Shown: positions 62,111 to 64,000 of the stretch, one piece after another
Position numbering within the stretch: position 1 is the first letter of the stretch
How the letters are laid out: every line of letters begins with the position of its first letter
From: Saccostrea echinata
Taxonomy: Eukaryota
NCBI RefSeq assembly: GCF_033153115.1
Contig: NW_026889750.1
Coordinates: 8,060,001 to 8,124,000, forward strand
Direction of reading: 5' to 3'
DNA: 64,000 nt
The notes under the pieces: model-generated
Told to the model about the DNA's origin: nothing
What the model saw: the letters and a program-made list of their open reading frames with translations, nothing else
Databases searched by the model: none
Program-made: the position numbers and the translations under genes

Positions 62111-63587
62111 GGCTTATATGTAAGGTAACATGTTCTCTTCCATGTACTTGATCCCCCAATTACCAAACTGAGATTGAACTCCAAAATGACAGTTTCTCGA
62201 GATTAAAAAATCTCCTACCAAATATACAAATACGGCGAAAGGAGTTAATCACGTTTGAAATAAAATGATAACCCTTATTTTCTTAACTAACTTATCACAT
62301 GCAAAATCACTATCAAATTCAACTAATAAATATAAACTTTATACAAAATTAAATAACTTAAAATATTACTCAACTGATGAGTAATACCTCCCGCCTTTTG
62401 AGATTTAAAGAAATGAGTGCTCAACAAATGAGTCCTCAGCTACCCAGCACTCTTATTTTTATTCACTAATAGACTTAATATATTTATTATGCCAACTAAT
62501 GGCGCCAAATTCAATAACACTACCATTACACAAGTTAAAAGAAGGACTAAAGAAAATACTTCCTCTTAATTCCCTTCTCGATACATTTAAGCCGTAAGTT
62601 TAAGCAAAATTCTGTGTATTGTGAGAGCGGGTTAAACGGATTCGTCGTTTCTTATTTCTCCTGACTCTCATGTAATGGAAGTAAAACACTTTTTATTGGG
62701 ATATTTTATCTGTCTTGTGTTCTTTTAAAATTATTATATAGATGGCGTTATTTGATGAATGCATAACGTAGTATTCAATATAGCACATACCCTTCAGGCA
62801 TCCCGGAAGCATGTTCTGCAGCTGTCCACAAGCTTGATCTATCTTTTTGAGAAGAATGACAAAATTGTCTTAATTCTTAAAATAATTATGAATGGTTGTT
62901 TATCAATCAATGTTATAAGGTTGTCGATTGACATTTGCAATGAACTAAAGACCTTTTTATTATATTAACTACAATTCTATTTTCCCCTCAATATTAATTT
63001 TTTTTTTTTTTCAAATCTGCAGGAATGATGACTTTTTAAAGATTACTTTGGAGAGAAGTGCCCTGTCTTGAGACATTCTTGTTAAAGTTCCTGTAGCCTG
63101 TCCCAATGATCTCAAACTTGTCACAACTTTTCTGATCCCTACAGGGTCGACTTTGAATAAAAAAAGTTAGAAATTAGTTTTTGACATGAACTTAGATATT
63201 TAATTGCAACTTTTCAAAAATTATATCTGACCTGTTGTAATTTGCAATATAATATTCTAAGAGATATGAAATGTATTACAAAGAAAAATTCGTCATGCAG
63301 GTTGCCCTTTAAATAGTATGTAAAAATGTTTTATATTTTTTTTTATGACAACTTACTTAGTATTCCCTGAGGAAAAGTTTTAAGAATCGAAGTATACAGT
63401 TTTTCAATTTCCTCCCTAATGTTTGTCCGGCTTGTTCCTGTAAACATTGCAAACAATATTAAAGTTTTTTCGGTTATAAAGAACTCGCTTTAAAGTAAAT
63501 TATATCTCAGTTAAAAGAATTTTTTCTACGAATCCCGTTGAAAACCTTTCACTATGTTCATTATATGTTTATAAAAAATCTCGATTA

Positions 63588-63740
63588 GGCTATCCTTAAA
63601 GATTTGTTTGGTTGCCCTCTCCCGACCGACTGGCTAAAAGTGACCCGACTCAAAACTTTTTTTAACCTCCAGAAAACAATTATTATTTTTTATGTATTCC
63701 GGAAAATAGATTTTGAAAATTTAGCATTGATGTTGAAATT

Positions 63741-63784
<44 letters not shown>

Positions 63785-63877
63785 AGAAATTTTTTTTTTC
63801 CCACCTACCAACCGACCCATTTTTTTTCATCCTGGGTCGGAAGAGGGCAAACAAACATATTTTTTTTTAAGTTGGCC
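63588..63877. mobile_element. MITE with TTA TSD (Zator/PIF-like)
   Basis: TTA|GGC.A..CTTAAA..TTTGTTTG.TTGCCCT ... AGGGCAAACAAAC..TTTAAGTTGGCC|TTA; internal CCGACC motifs. Confidence 0.65.
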
Positions 63878-64000
63878 TTATAAGAAATGCTAGGTGGTCC
63901 CAGTGACTTTCTTATGAACGAGTTTTACTGTAGTGATTCAATTACTAGATCAAAGGGAGGCGACCTGAGGTCGGCTACCTACTTTTCTATTTTCTTTTCT

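Overview
AT-rich, intron-containing animal genomic DNA. The repeat families look like those of bivalves/oysters (inference). Host genes: the 3' seven exons of a Suv4-20/KMT5-family histone H4K20 methyltransferase (1-6115, +) and two tandem 4-exon CYTH-domain (CyaB/class-IV-adenylate-cyclase-like) paralogs (43670-48233 and 55542-57692, +). Much of the rest is mobile DNA. (1) A three-level nest: a composite-like element with two ~652-bp terminal direct repeats (12266-24107); its right repeat is split by a 9.1-kb CCC...GGG EnSpm/CMC-type element (14408-23511); that element carries an intact TTAA-flanked Kolobok-type transposon (16248-20637) encoding one 902-aa protein that fuses a DDE transposase to a DEDDh (PML-C-terminal-like) 3'-5' exonuclease. 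(2) An intact AcademH-type transposon (26233-34525; perfect 70-bp TIRs, 9-bp TSD) with convergent RecQ-helicase and transposase genes. (3) A second CMC-type element, many Helentron-associated non-autonomous elements carrying satellite arrays, MITEs, a tRNA-derived SINE, a Penelope-like GIY-YIG relic and a 3.5-kb intronic 20-bp minisatellite. Exon models were built by hand from GT-AG sites and frame continuity. Family names come from motif recognition and recall, not database searches.
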